From the IMG/VR virus record IMGVR_UViG_2778261448_000005: DNA of 36,585 nt; one strand, given 5' to 3'. The notes beneath the pieces were generated by a model. That model made no database searches and was not told the origin of the DNA. It worked only from the letters and a program-made list of their open reading frames with translations. The translations under genes were made by a program, and so were the position numbers. This document shows positions 18,273 through 26,842 of the stretch, in pieces. The stretch comes from a virus (lineage: Duplodnaviria > Heunggongvirae > Uroviricota > Caudoviricetes). Numbering within the stretch: the first letter of the stretch is position 1; each line of letters starts with the position of its first letter.

Positions 18273-18661
18273 GCAACACATTTAAATTCAGCAGCCGGAG
18301 CGAAAAGAATTTGCAGGGCGTAAATCCTGATCTGGTGAAAGTGACCCGACGGGCACTGGAAATCTCGGAAGTGGATTTTGGTATCACCGAAGGGTTGCGC
18401 AGCCGTTACCGCCAGAAGCAACTGGTGGCCACGGGTAAGAGCCAGACCATGAACAGCCGCCACCTTACGGGGCATGCCGTGGATGTTGTGGCTTATATCG
18501 GCAGCCAGGTGTCATGGGAATGGCCGCTGTACGAAAAAATCGCAGCAGCATTCAGACAGGCCAGCCGGGAACTGAATATTCCGGTGGAATGGGGCGGCGA
18601 CTGGAAGACCCTGAAAGACGGACCACATTTTCAGTTACCACACGGAGCCTATCCGGCATGA
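18269..18661 (+). CDS. endolysin, M15-family zinc peptidase type
   Basis: 130 aa with the SRHLTGHAVDV zinc-ligand motif typical of M15 peptidases. Sits in the lysis cassette. Confidence 0.8.
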   Translation: MSNTFKFSSRSEKNLQGVNPDLVKVTRRALEISEVDFGITEGLRSRYRQKQLVATGKSQTMNSRHLTGHAVDVVAYIGSQVSWEWPLYEKIAAAFRQASRELNIPVEWGGDWKTLKDGPHFQLPHGAYPA

Positions 18662-19065
18662 AGCTCTGGCCCACGCTGGGCGTCGCTTTCCTTCTGATTG
18701 CCGCATGGGGAACATCCATGCGTCTGTCGTGGTCGCTGGGCCGGGAGAACGCCAGAAACGAAGCGCAGGCCAGCGCCCTGAAAAGTACCGCCGACACCCT
18801 GAATATCATCAGCACCGGGGTACAGGATATGCAGCAGGTGCTGGCGCAACTCCGCGTGGAAAATCAGCAACGCAATCAGGACGGAGAGGCCAGACGTGAA
18901 CAGCTACGCAACGATATTGCAAAAGATGAATGCGCCCACGCTTTGCCTGACGCTCGTTTTACTGACAGGTTGCGCAGGCACGCAGAACGCGCCACGGCCA
19001 GCGCCGTCAGTCCGGCTTATACCGCAGACGCTGACCATACCGGTAACGCCTCCCCCCTTCCCTGA
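18658..19065 (+). CDS. i-spanin, LysB/Rz-like
   Basis: N-terminal TM helix (MKLWPTLGVAFLLIAAWG) then a charged periplasmic domain. Start overlaps the endolysin stop. Confidence 0.65.
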   Translation: MKLWPTLGVAFLLIAAWGTSMRLSWSLGRENARNEAQASALKSTADTLNIISTGVQDMQQVLAQLRVENQQRNQDGEARREQLRNDIAKDECAHALPDARFTDRLRRHAERATASAVSPAYTADADHTGNASPLP

Positions 19066-19216
19066 TACTCCCACATGGGGAAATCTCGGTATATGGGGCG
19101 ACCGCCTTCTGGATGCACTGGAAACCTGTAACGCGGATAAACGGGCCATTGAATTACTGGAACAGCGCAGGCTGCAACGACTGAACAACGAGGATAATAA
19201 CCATGCTGAAAACTGA
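18926..19216 (+). CDS. o-spanin lipoprotein, LysC/Rz1-like
   Basis: Signal peptide with lipobox (LVLLTGCAG) and a proline-rich body, in the +1 frame overlapping the 3-prime half of the i-spanin gene. Confidence 0.6.
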   Translation: MNAPTLCLTLVLLTGCAGTQNAPRPAPSVRLIPQTLTIPVTPPPFPDTPTWGNLGIWGDRLLDALETCNADKRAIELLEQRRLQRLNNEDNNHAEN

Positions 19217-19670
19217 TTCCCTGCGTGAAGCCATGACCCGTTCATGCCGATGGTGTCAGGCCAACCCGGAAAAATTCACCATTTTCGTGGAGAGCGGCAA
19301 CATTGAAACGACCGGAGAAACGCCCTCGTTTGTTTACCGCTATCAGATGGTGATGTTTGTCATGGATTACGCAGGAGAGCTGGACGACCTCACGCTACCG
19401 CTGCTGGCGTGGTTATCCGAAAATCAGCCACAGTTGTTGCTCAATCCGGAGCGTAATCAGGACATCAAATTTTCCGCCGTTATCAATGACGATGACAGCG
19501 CCGATCTCCTGTTTACGCTCCCCCTGCGGGAACGCGTTCGCATCACGCGCAGCAGTCAGGGCACACCGCAGGCAGAACACCTGCCGGAGCCAAAACCCCG
19601 TCTGCCCTCTTCCGAAGGCGACTGGTCGCATGTATTCCAGGATGTGACGTGGGGTGAAAGCGATGGATAA
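19203..19670 (+). CDS. R: tail completion protein R, P2 gpR family
   Basis: 155 aa (same length as P2 gpR), position after the lysis cassette. Confidence 0.8.
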   Translation: MLKTDSLREAMTRSCRWCQANPEKFTIFVESGNIETTGETPSFVYRYQMVMFVMDYAGELDDLTLPLLAWLSENQPQLLLNPERNQDIKFSAVINDDDSADLLFTLPLRERVRITRSSQGTPQAEHLPEPKPRLPSSEGDWSHVFQDVTWGESDG

Positions 19671-20298
19671 GGTATTCACCCGCGTGGATGAAACCTTTGA
19701 GGCTATCCGCGACAGCCTGAATCAGCAGGCCATCAATAACATCGCCAGAAAGCTGGCACAGGATTTACGCCGCGCCCAGCAGGCACGTATCCGGTCACAG
19801 AAAGCGCCGGACGGGATCGCATGGACACCACGCAGACGCCGCGTAACCCGGATACAGGAGCGCATTCGCTTTATCTGGAATAACGAAGCACGCACGCTGA
19901 AAAACTGGCATCACGACACGGGGAAATACGGGCGAACCATTACCGGGTGGGATGAGGATAAAAACAATATCCGCACGTTTTACCGGGATGACATCGACCG
20001 TTTTCTGGAAATACGCACCCGGCGCATCAACCAGGACAGCACAAAGCGCGTCCCCATGTTCGTAAAACTGCGCACCGCCCGCTACCTGAAAGCCCGTGCA
20101 GATGCTTCCGGTGTGACGGTGGGTTACAGCGGCGTGGCCGCACGTATTGCACGCGTTCATCAGTTCGGTGAGCGCGATCAGGTTGCGCCGGGCATTTTCA
20201 CCGATTACCCGGTACGTGAGCTGCTGGGTATCAGCCAGGCAGATGAACGCCTGATTTATAACACGGTGCTGGGCCGGATTGCGGAGGCTGTACGGTGA
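19663..20298 (+). CDS. S: tail completion protein S, P2 gpS family
   Basis: Start set to the internal ATG at 19663 (MDKVFTRV...), overlapping the R stop region. Confidence 0.75.
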   Translation: MDKVFTRVDETFEAIRDSLNQQAINNIARKLAQDLRRAQQARIRSQKAPDGIAWTPRRRRVTRIQERIRFIWNNEARTLKNWHHDTGKYGRTITGWDEDKNNIRTFYRDDIDRFLEIRTRRINQDSTKRVPMFVKLRTARYLKARADASGVTVGYSGVAARIARVHQFGERDQVAPGIFTDYPVRELLGISQADERLIYNTVLGRIAEAVR

Positions 20299-20876
20299 GC
20301 GCAGAACTCATGCGGCTACTGAGCAACATCATCCGCACCGGGATCATCTCTGAAGTTGATGAGAAGTCCTGGCGCGTGCGCGTTCGCAGCGGCGAACTGG
20401 AAACAGGCTGGTTGCGCTGGAACACCACGCGCGCGGGAGCCTTCAATGTGTGGCTGCCGCCATCACCCGGCGAACAGGTGGTAATTGCCTGCATTGGCGG
20501 CAACCCGGAAACCGCCATGATAATTGGCAGCCTGTGGAGTGATGCCAGTCCGGCACCCGGCAAAAGCCTGAAAGAAATCGTGGTCAGCGCGCCGGATGGC
20601 GCGGTGTTCCGCTACGACGCGGACGCAGGCGCACTGAGTGCCAGCGGCATGAAAACGGCCACTTTGCAGGCATCCGTCAGCGTGAAACTGGATACGCCCG
20701 TCGTGGAATGCACAAACCTTCTGAAAACAGCCGAGATTGACGTCACAAAAGGGGGAAAGATGAGCGGCAATATCACGCACAGCGGCGGCGAATTCACCTC
20801 AAACGGCATCACAGTGCATACGCATAAACACGGTGGCGTTAAAGGTGGCAGCGATTCGACAGGAGGCCCGCAGTGA
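20295..20876 (+). CDS. V: baseplate assembly and spike protein V, P2 gpV family
   Basis: 193 aa, start overlapping the S stop, first gene of the baseplate block. Confidence 0.85.
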   Translation: MSAELMRLLSNIIRTGIISEVDEKSWRVRVRSGELETGWLRWNTTRAGAFNVWLPPSPGEQVVIACIGGNPETAMIIGSLWSDASPAPGKSLKEIVVSAPDGAVFRYDADAGALSASGMKTATLQASVSVKLDTPVVECTNLLKTAEIDVTKGGKMSGNITHSGGEFTSNGITVHTHKHGGVKGGSDSTGGPQ

Positions 20877-21223
20877 CAACCCGCTACACAGGAATGAACC
20901 CGGACGAGACGGGAAACCTGAACGATATGGAGCACCTGAAACAGTCAGTCAGGGACATCCTGACCACCCCGCTGGCAAGCCGGGTTATGCGACGGGAATA
21001 TGGCAGCCTTGTGCCTGATTTGATTGACGAACCCATGAATAACACCACGCGTCTGCAATGCATGAGTGCTGCCGTGATTGCGCTGACACGATGGGAACCC
21101 CGCATTGCCCTGGACGCCATCGACGTTGTCTGGAAAGCGGGAGGCCTCGCCGGGGTGACGCTGTCGGGCACTGTCATGCAGACCATGCAGAATGTTGAAT
21201 TAACCATCACGCTGAGGGAGTAA
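20873..21223 (+). CDS. W: baseplate protein W, P2 gpW family
   Basis: 116 aa (P2 gpW 115 aa), overlapping start. Confidence 0.85.
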   Translation: MTTRYTGMNPDETGNLNDMEHLKQSVRDILTTPLASRVMRREYGSLVPDLIDEPMNNTTRLQCMSAAVIALTRWEPRIALDAIDVVWKAGGLAGVTLSGTVMQTMQNVELTITLRE

Positions 21224-21226
21224 ATC

Positions 21227-22123
21227 ATGCCCGCCGTTGACCTTTCCCTGTTACCGGAACCCGCCATCATCGCGGAGCCTGACTTTGAAGCAATTCTGGC
21301 TGACACAAAGGCCATGATGATTGCGGCTTATCCCGCCGAACAGCGTGAAGCCGTCTCCGCTGCGCTGGAGCTGGAATCGGAACCTCTGAACGTTATCGCC
21401 CAGACAACAGCGTTTCGTGAAATGCTGTTACGCCAGCGGATCAATGAGGGGGCACGCGCCTGCATGTTAAGCCATAGCGCCGGGACAGATCTGGACAACC
21501 TCGCGGGTAATATGAACACAAAGCGCCTGGTTATCACTCCAGCAACGGATACCACCGACGCGGTGATGGAGAGCGACACCTCACTGAGACTGCGGGCGCA
21601 GCGGGCGTACGACGGCCTGAGTGTTGCTGGCCCGTCAGGTGCATACGAGTATTTTGCCCGCAGCGCCAGCGGTCTGGTGCGTGATGCGCGGGCTATCAGT
21701 CCGTCTCCGGCAAATGTGACGGTTTCCATCCTGTCCACTGAAGGCGACGGCACAGCGACGGAGGCGTTGCTTAATACCGTTCGCGCCGTTCTGAATGCAG
21801 AGGATACCCGCCCGGTGGCCGACCGCCTGACCGTACAGAGCGCCAGAATCGTGACATGGCGGCTGAATGCAAAACTGTACTTTTACCCCGGCCCGGAATC
21901 CGAACCTATTCTGGCTGCGGCTGAATCGTCGTTCAGGAAGTGGCTGGCTGAGCAGGGGCTTATCGGTCAGGACGTGGCGTTGTCCGCCATTGCTGCCGCA
22001 CTGCATGTGCACGGTGTGCAACGCGTGGAGATAATCGAACCCACACAGAATATGTCCATCAGCGACATACAGGCGGCGCGCTGTGAGTCATTCACCATCA
22101 GCGAAGGTGGGCGTAATGAGTAA
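21227..22123 (+). CDS. J: baseplate protein J, P2 gpJ family
   Basis: 298 aa (P2 gpJ about 302 aa). Confidence 0.85.
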   Translation: MPAVDLSLLPEPAIIAEPDFEAILADTKAMMIAAYPAEQREAVSAALELESEPLNVIAQTTAFREMLLRQRINEGARACMLSHSAGTDLDNLAGNMNTKRLVITPATDTTDAVMESDTSLRLRAQRAYDGLSVAGPSGAYEYFARSASGLVRDARAISPSPANVTVSILSTEGDGTATEALLNTVRAVLNAEDTRPVADRLTVQSARIVTWRLNAKLYFYPGPESEPILAAAESSFRKWLAEQGLIGQDVALSAIAAALHVHGVQRVEIIEPTQNMSISDIQAARCESFTISEGGRNE

Positions 22124-22646
22124 TTCACTGTTACCGCCATCAGCCAGCAATTTCATGCGTAGTGCCGAAGCCGTCGGAACACGCATTACAGACATTCCGG
22201 TAGACCTCAACACGCTGTGGTCGCCGGACACATGCCCGGTGCATCTGCTGCCTTATCTCGCCTGGGCGTTTTCCGTTGACCGCTGGGATCGCAACTGGCC
22301 GGAAGAGACAAAGCGACAGGTGATTCGTGATGCATGGCTGATACACCGACACAAAGGGACCATCAGCTCACTGCGCCGGGCCATTGAGCCGCTGGGATAC
22401 CTCATTCGCGTGTCTGAGTGGTGGGAATTCGGCGGAGAACCGGGAACATTTACCGTTGAAGTCGGCACACTGGACAGTGGCGTGACGGAGGAAATGTATC
22501 TGGAAATGGAGCGGTTGATTGCTGATGCCCGTCCGGTCAGCCGCCACATGACAGGGCTGAATATCATTCAGGAAATTCCGGGGGATATTTTTGCAGCGGC
22601 GGCAACTTATGACGGTGAAGTTATTACCATTTATCCAGGCGATTAA
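22116..22646 (+). CDS. I: baseplate protein I, P2 gpI family
   Basis: Start set to the ATG at 22116 overlapping the J stop. 176 aa, matching P2 gpI. Confidence 0.8.
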   Translation: MSNSLLPPSASNFMRSAEAVGTRITDIPVDLNTLWSPDTCPVHLLPYLAWAFSVDRWDRNWPEETKRQVIRDAWLIHRHKGTISSLRRAIEPLGYLIRVSEWWEFGGEPGTFTVEVGTLDSGVTEEMYLEMERLIADARPVSRHMTGLNIIQEIPGDIFAAAATYDGEVITIYPGD

Positions 22647-22648
22647 GC

Positions 22649-24991
22649 ATGAGTACCACAACACGAAAATTTAAAACCGTTATCACCGATACGGGTGCAA
22701 AAAAATTAGCTCAGGCAGCCGCGCCAGATGGTAAGCCTGTCCGCCTGACTCATATGGCCGTGGGCGACGGTGGCGGCACGTTGCCCACACCAGACAGCAA
22801 GCAGACCCGTCTGGTGCATGAGGTGTGGCGACACACTGTTAATCGCGTCATCCTGGACGCAACACATCAGAACCGCATTATTGCGGAGCTGGTTATTCCT
22901 CCAGAAACGGGCGGATTCTGGATCCGGGAAATTGGTGTGTTTGATGAGCACGGCGATTTAATCGCGGTGGGCAATACTGCCGAAAGTTACAAGCCAGCCG
23001 TTGCCGAAGGGTCCGGTCGTGCACAAACATTTCGCACCATTCTGACCGTATCCAGCACTGCCACTGTGGCGCTTACCGTGGATAACACCATGGTGATGGC
23101 CACAGTGGATTACGTGGATAACAAACTGAAAGAGCATGAACAGTCACGACGTCACCCGGATGCCTCGCTGACCGCAAAAGGCTTTGTTCAACTCAGTAGC
23201 GCCACTAACAGCGATTCTGAAACGCTGGCTGCAACGCCGAAAGCGGTTAAGGTCGCGTATGATCTTGCTAACGGAAAATATACAGCGCAGGATGCCACAA
23301 CAGCGCGAAAAGGCCTTGTCCAGCTTAGTAGTGCAACCAACAGCACATCTGAAACGCTTGCCGCGACACCGAAGGCAGTTAAAGCAGCGAATGACAATGC
23401 GAATGGCAGGGTACCATCTAACCGAAAAGTTAACGGGAAAGCACTGACTGCGGATATAACATTAACACCGAAAGATATTGGCACTTTAAATTCAGTAACG
23501 ATCTCTTTCTCTGGCGGGGCAGGGTGGTTCAAACTGGCAACGGTTACCATGCCACAAGCGAGTTCCATCGTTTACATCGCATTGATTGGTGGCACTGGTT
23601 ACAACGTCGGCTCCCCACAGCAGGCAGGCATTTCAGAACTGGTTCTACGAGCAGGCAATGGAAACCCCAAAGGGATTACCGGAGCTTTGTGGAAGCGTAC
23701 AGCCGTCGGATTAACGAATTTCGCCTGGATCAACACATCCGGCGATACATATGATATTTACGTTGAGATTGGCAATTATGCGACGAGTGTAAATATCCAT
23801 TGGGATTGTACTACAAATGCGTCAGTTTCTATTTATACCTCGCCAACATATTCAGCGAGTAAGCCTTCCAGCGTTACCGGTGGTGTTGTTTATACGATGT
23901 ATAGCTCACATCAGAAACCTACACCATCAGATATTGGAGCGCTGCCAACGACTGGAGGGACTATTTCAGGTCCGTTGTCTGTTACTGATGGGATCACCGG
24001 GGCACTGAAGGGGAACGCCGATACCGCGACGAAACTTGCGGCAGCCCCAAAAATTAACGGTGTTAAGTTTGATGGCTCGGCGGATATTAACCTCACGCCG
24101 GAAAATATTGGTGCATTTGCCCGACGTTCGACGGGGGCTTATGCGGATTCGAATGGAGCCGTTCCCTGGAATGCCGAATCAGGCGCTTATAATGTCACCC
24201 GCTCTGGCGACAGCTATATTCTGGTTAACTTCTATACCGGAGTCGGAAGTTGCCGGACCTTGCAGATGAAGGCGCATTACAGAAATGGTGGTCTGTTCTA
24301 CCGTTCTTCAAGAGACGGTTATGGTTTTGAGGAAGACTGGGCAGAAGTTTATACCTCGAAAAATCTTCCACCAGAAAGCTACCCAGTCGGCGCACCAATC
24401 CCGTGGCCATCAGATACCGTTCCGTCTGGTTATGCCCTGATGCAGGGGCAGACTTTTGACAAATCTGCATACCCGAAACTTGCAGTCGCTTATCCGTCAG
24501 GCGTGATCCCTGATATGCGTGGCTGGACTATCAAGGGCAAACCTGCCAGTGGTCGTGCCGTATTGTCTCAGGAACAGGACGGCATTAAATCGCACACCCA
24601 CAGCGCCAGCGCATCCAGTACTGATTTGGGGACGAAAACCACATCGTCGTTTGATTACGGTACTAAAACGACCAGTTCATTTGATTACGGCACAAAAACC
24701 ACAAATAGCGCAGGAGCTCATTCACACAATATACCTGTTGGTCACACTGGCGCGGGGAATGGTGTATCAGCCGGTTATAACGCTGCGTTAGGTACTGGTA
24801 CCACGTCGAGCGCAGGAGGGCATGCTCACAATGTATATATCGGTGCCCATAACCACACTATCGGCATTGGTGCTCATGCCCATTCTGTCATTATTGGTCC
24901 CCACGGACACACCATCACCGTTAATGCTACGGGGAACGCAGAAAACACCGTAAAAAACATCGCATTTAACTATATTGTGAGGCTTGCATAA
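22649..24991 (+). CDS. H: tail fibre protein H
   Basis: 780 aa. Conserved P2-H-like N-terminus, internal tail-fibre repeats ([18 protein letters not shown] twice), His-rich GxHxH C-terminal repeats. Confidence 0.85.
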   Translation: MSTTTRKFKTVITDTGAKKLAQAAAPDGKPVRLTHMAVGDGGGTLPTPDSKQTRLVHEVWRHTVNRVILDATHQNRIIAELVIPPETGGFWIREIGVFDEHGDLIAVGNTAESYKPAVAEGSGRAQTFRTILTVSSTATVALTVDNTMVMATVDYVDNKLKEHEQSRRHPDASLTAKGFVQLSSATNSDSETLAATPKAVKVAYDLANGKYTAQDATTARKGLVQLSSATNSTSETLAATPKAVKAANDNANGRVPSNRKVNGKALTADITLTPKDIGTLNSVTISFSGGAGWFKLATVTMPQASSIVYIALIGGTGYNVGSPQQAGISELVLRAGNGNPKGITGALWKRTAVGLTNFAWINTSGDTYDIYVEIGNYATSVNIHWDCTTNASVSIYTSPTYSASKPSSVTGGVVYTMYSSHQKPTPSDIGALPTTGGTISGPLSVTDGITGALKGNADTATKLAAAPKINGVKFDGSADINLTPENIGAFARRSTGAYADSNGAVPWNAESGAYNVTRSGDSYILVNFYTGVGSCRTLQMKAHYRNGGLFYRSSRDGYGFEEDWAEVYTSKNLPPESYPVGAPIPWPSDTVPSGYALMQGQTFDKSAYPKLAVAYPSGVIPDMRGWTIKGKPASGRAVLSQEQDGIKSHTHSASASSTDLGTKTTSSFDYGTKTTSSFDYGTKTTNSAGAHSHNIPVGHTGAGNGVSAGYNAALGTGTTSSAGGHAHNVYIGAHNHTIGIGAHAHSVIIGPHGHTITVNATGNAENTVKNIAFNYIVRLA

Positions 24992-25569
24992 TGACATTCA
25001 GAATGAGTGAACAATCACGGACCATAAAAATTTATAATCTACTGACCGGAACCAATGAGTTTATTGGTGAAGGTGATGCATACATTCCACCTCATACAGG
25101 TCTGCCTGCAAACAGTACCGATATTGCCCCGCCAGATATTCCGGCTGGCTTCGTGGCCGTTTTCAACAGTGATGAGGCATCGTGGCATCTCGTTGAAGAC
25201 CATCGGGGTAAAACGGTTTATGACGTGGCATCAGGGGACTCGTTATTTATTTCTGAACTCGGTCCATTACCGGAAAATGTTACCTGGTTGTCGCCGTATG
25301 GAGAGTATCAGAAGTGGAACGGCACATCCTGGGTGAAAGATGCAGAAGCAGAAAAACTGTTCCGGATCCGGGAGGCGGAAGAAACAAAAAACAGCCTGAT
25401 GCAGGTAGCCAGCGAGCATATTGCGCCACTTCAGGATGCCGTAGATTTGGATATTGCAACGGAGGAAGAGGGATCGTTACTGGCTGCATGGAAGACATAC
25501 CGGGTATTGTTGAATCGTGTTAATACAGCGGTAGCAGCGGATATTGAGTGGCCAGTCGCCCCACAATAA
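24991..25569 (+). CDS. G: tail fibre assembly chaperone G
   Basis: 192 aa, start overlaps the H stop. Position and size match gpG. Confidence 0.7.
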   Translation: MTFRMSEQSRTIKIYNLLTGTNEFIGEGDAYIPPHTGLPANSTDIAPPDIPAGFVAVFNSDEASWHLVEDHRGKTVYDVASGDSLFISELGPLPENVTWLSPYGEYQKWNGTSWVKDAEAEKLFRIREAEETKNSLMQVASEHIAPLQDAVDLDIATEEEGSLLAAWKTYRVLLNRVNTAVAADIEWPVAPQ

Positions 25570-25575
25570 AGAGAA

Positions 25576-25605
25576 AAAGCCATCGATTGAAATATAGATG
25601 GCTTT
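25576..25605. terminator. hairpin between convergent G and the acetyltransferase
   Basis: AAAGCCATC-loop-GATGGCTTT stem-loop, 9-bp stem. Confidence 0.45.
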
Positions 25606-25612
25606 ATGTACT

Positions 25613-26218
25613 CTATTTATACAATACAACACCGCTCTTTTTAGTTATATATGTGCAGTTCGATGGTATATCTTTATTTATAAAAGACATTGCACCTATT
25701 TTTACATTATCCCCAATTTTACGTGATAATCCAATGATGCAACAATTAGCTCCGATATCAACGTTACTACCAATTTTTACTCTTGAACCAGGCATGTCAC
25801 CATCTATCTGTCCAATGGTAGTATTCTGTCGTAACACCAGATTTTCACCAGCATCAACAGCAAAATGAACAACAATTCCAGCATGATGGGGAATTGTTAA
25901 CCCTTTTCCAATATTTGCTCCCAATCCTATTTCACAACCAAATTTGTTAATTATTTTACTGTTTAACTTCTTGGCTGCTTTCTTATGTAATTTATTACCA
26001 TTAATATACATTTCGTTAGCCAACCGCCACCAGAAAAGGAAATTCCTGTTACGCTGCTTTTTCTCTCTTAAAAGCCTCCAGATATCCATACGTTTCCGCC
26101 GAATTACTTCATGTTTCCAGAAGTTTTTTAAATTAGTAGAGTTCCCAAATAAAACAAAGTGAATTGCCATTAGGTAAGACAGCACGATAATCTCCTTAAT
26201 TATTATTTCAGACCACAC
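25613..26218 (-). CDS. hexapeptide-repeat (left-handed beta-helix) acetyltransferase, AT-rich cargo; start uncertain (26218 or 26170)
   Basis: Hexapeptide repeats visible (VKIGSNVDIGAN, IGDNVKIGAMSFI, IGANCCIIG). Low GC. Sits at the Z/fun position between G and the tail genes. Confidence 0.7.
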   Translation of the reverse strand: MWSEIIIKEIIVLSYLMAIHFVLFGNSTNLKNFWKHEVIRRKRMDIWRLLREKKQRNRNFLFWWRLANEMYINGNKLHKKAAKKLNSKIINKFGCEIGLGANIGKGLTIPHHAGIVVHFAVDAGENLVLRQNTTIGQIDGDMPGSRVKIGSNVDIGANCCIIGLSRKIGDNVKIGAMSFINKDIPSNCTYITKKSGVVLYK

Positions 26219-26341
26219 ATGTTATAAGGTTAAGAGATTATAAAATCCTGTTGTTTGTTATTCAAAAACAATTTTCTGAGAAGGACATACAACAGCAAGT
26301 CGCCAGTCACCTTCATCAGGAAATTGGCGACATACGTTAAA

Positions 26342-26836
26342 TCAGAGCAGCCCCTTAACTGAGCTGGCCGCGCTATTAAGGGATGATGTCACCTTATCTT
26401 TGAAGCCGGACAACATATCGCTGAACGATGAGGATTGCAGGCGCTCCCGCAAATCCTCATCACAGCGTTCAAGAGTCAGTGAAAATTCTATCTTTTTCGC
26501 CTTACCGTAGCGATCAAACTCGGAACGGGTCGTATTCGTTCCGGTCAGGACATACATGCCGTAAATCTGCCCGACGCCATCAATCAAAGGCCAAGGTCGT
26601 CCTGTATACGCCTGCGTGGTCAGCAGCGACAGCGACACTTCGCCACCTGTAATTTCAGGATAAAGCACACCAGAAAGAACGATGCGATCATCACCTGCAC
26701 CGATATACTGCCAGCTTGCTGAACGGTTAACGCGTTCATTTTTCACATGCCGCCAGCTTTTGTTTTGCTGTAACTGCTGATGCGGCAGCGTGCGCAGCTC
26801 AAAAACAAACATGCCATAGATCATCATCATGGCCAT
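26342..26836 (-). CDS. U: tail protein U, P2 gpU family
   Basis: 164 aa (P2 gpU about 159 aa). Characteristic MMM..FVF.LRT N-terminus. Downstream of the tape measure. Confidence 0.85.
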   Translation of the reverse strand: MAMMMIYGMFVFELRTLPHQQLQQNKSWRHVKNERVNRSASWQYIGAGDDRIVLSGVLYPEITGGEVSLSLLTTQAYTGRPWPLIDGVGQIYGMYVLTGTNTTRSEFDRYGKAKKIEFSLTLERCDEDLRERLQSSSFSDMLSGFKDKVTSSLNSAASSVKGLL

Positions 26837-26842
26837 GACTCC

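Noticed and set aside
23177-24700. Tandem repeats that might suggest a CRISPR array or VNTR
   Set aside because: The repeats are in frame inside tail fibre gene H and conserved at the protein level, with no spacer-repeat periodicity; no CRISPR array is present in the window.
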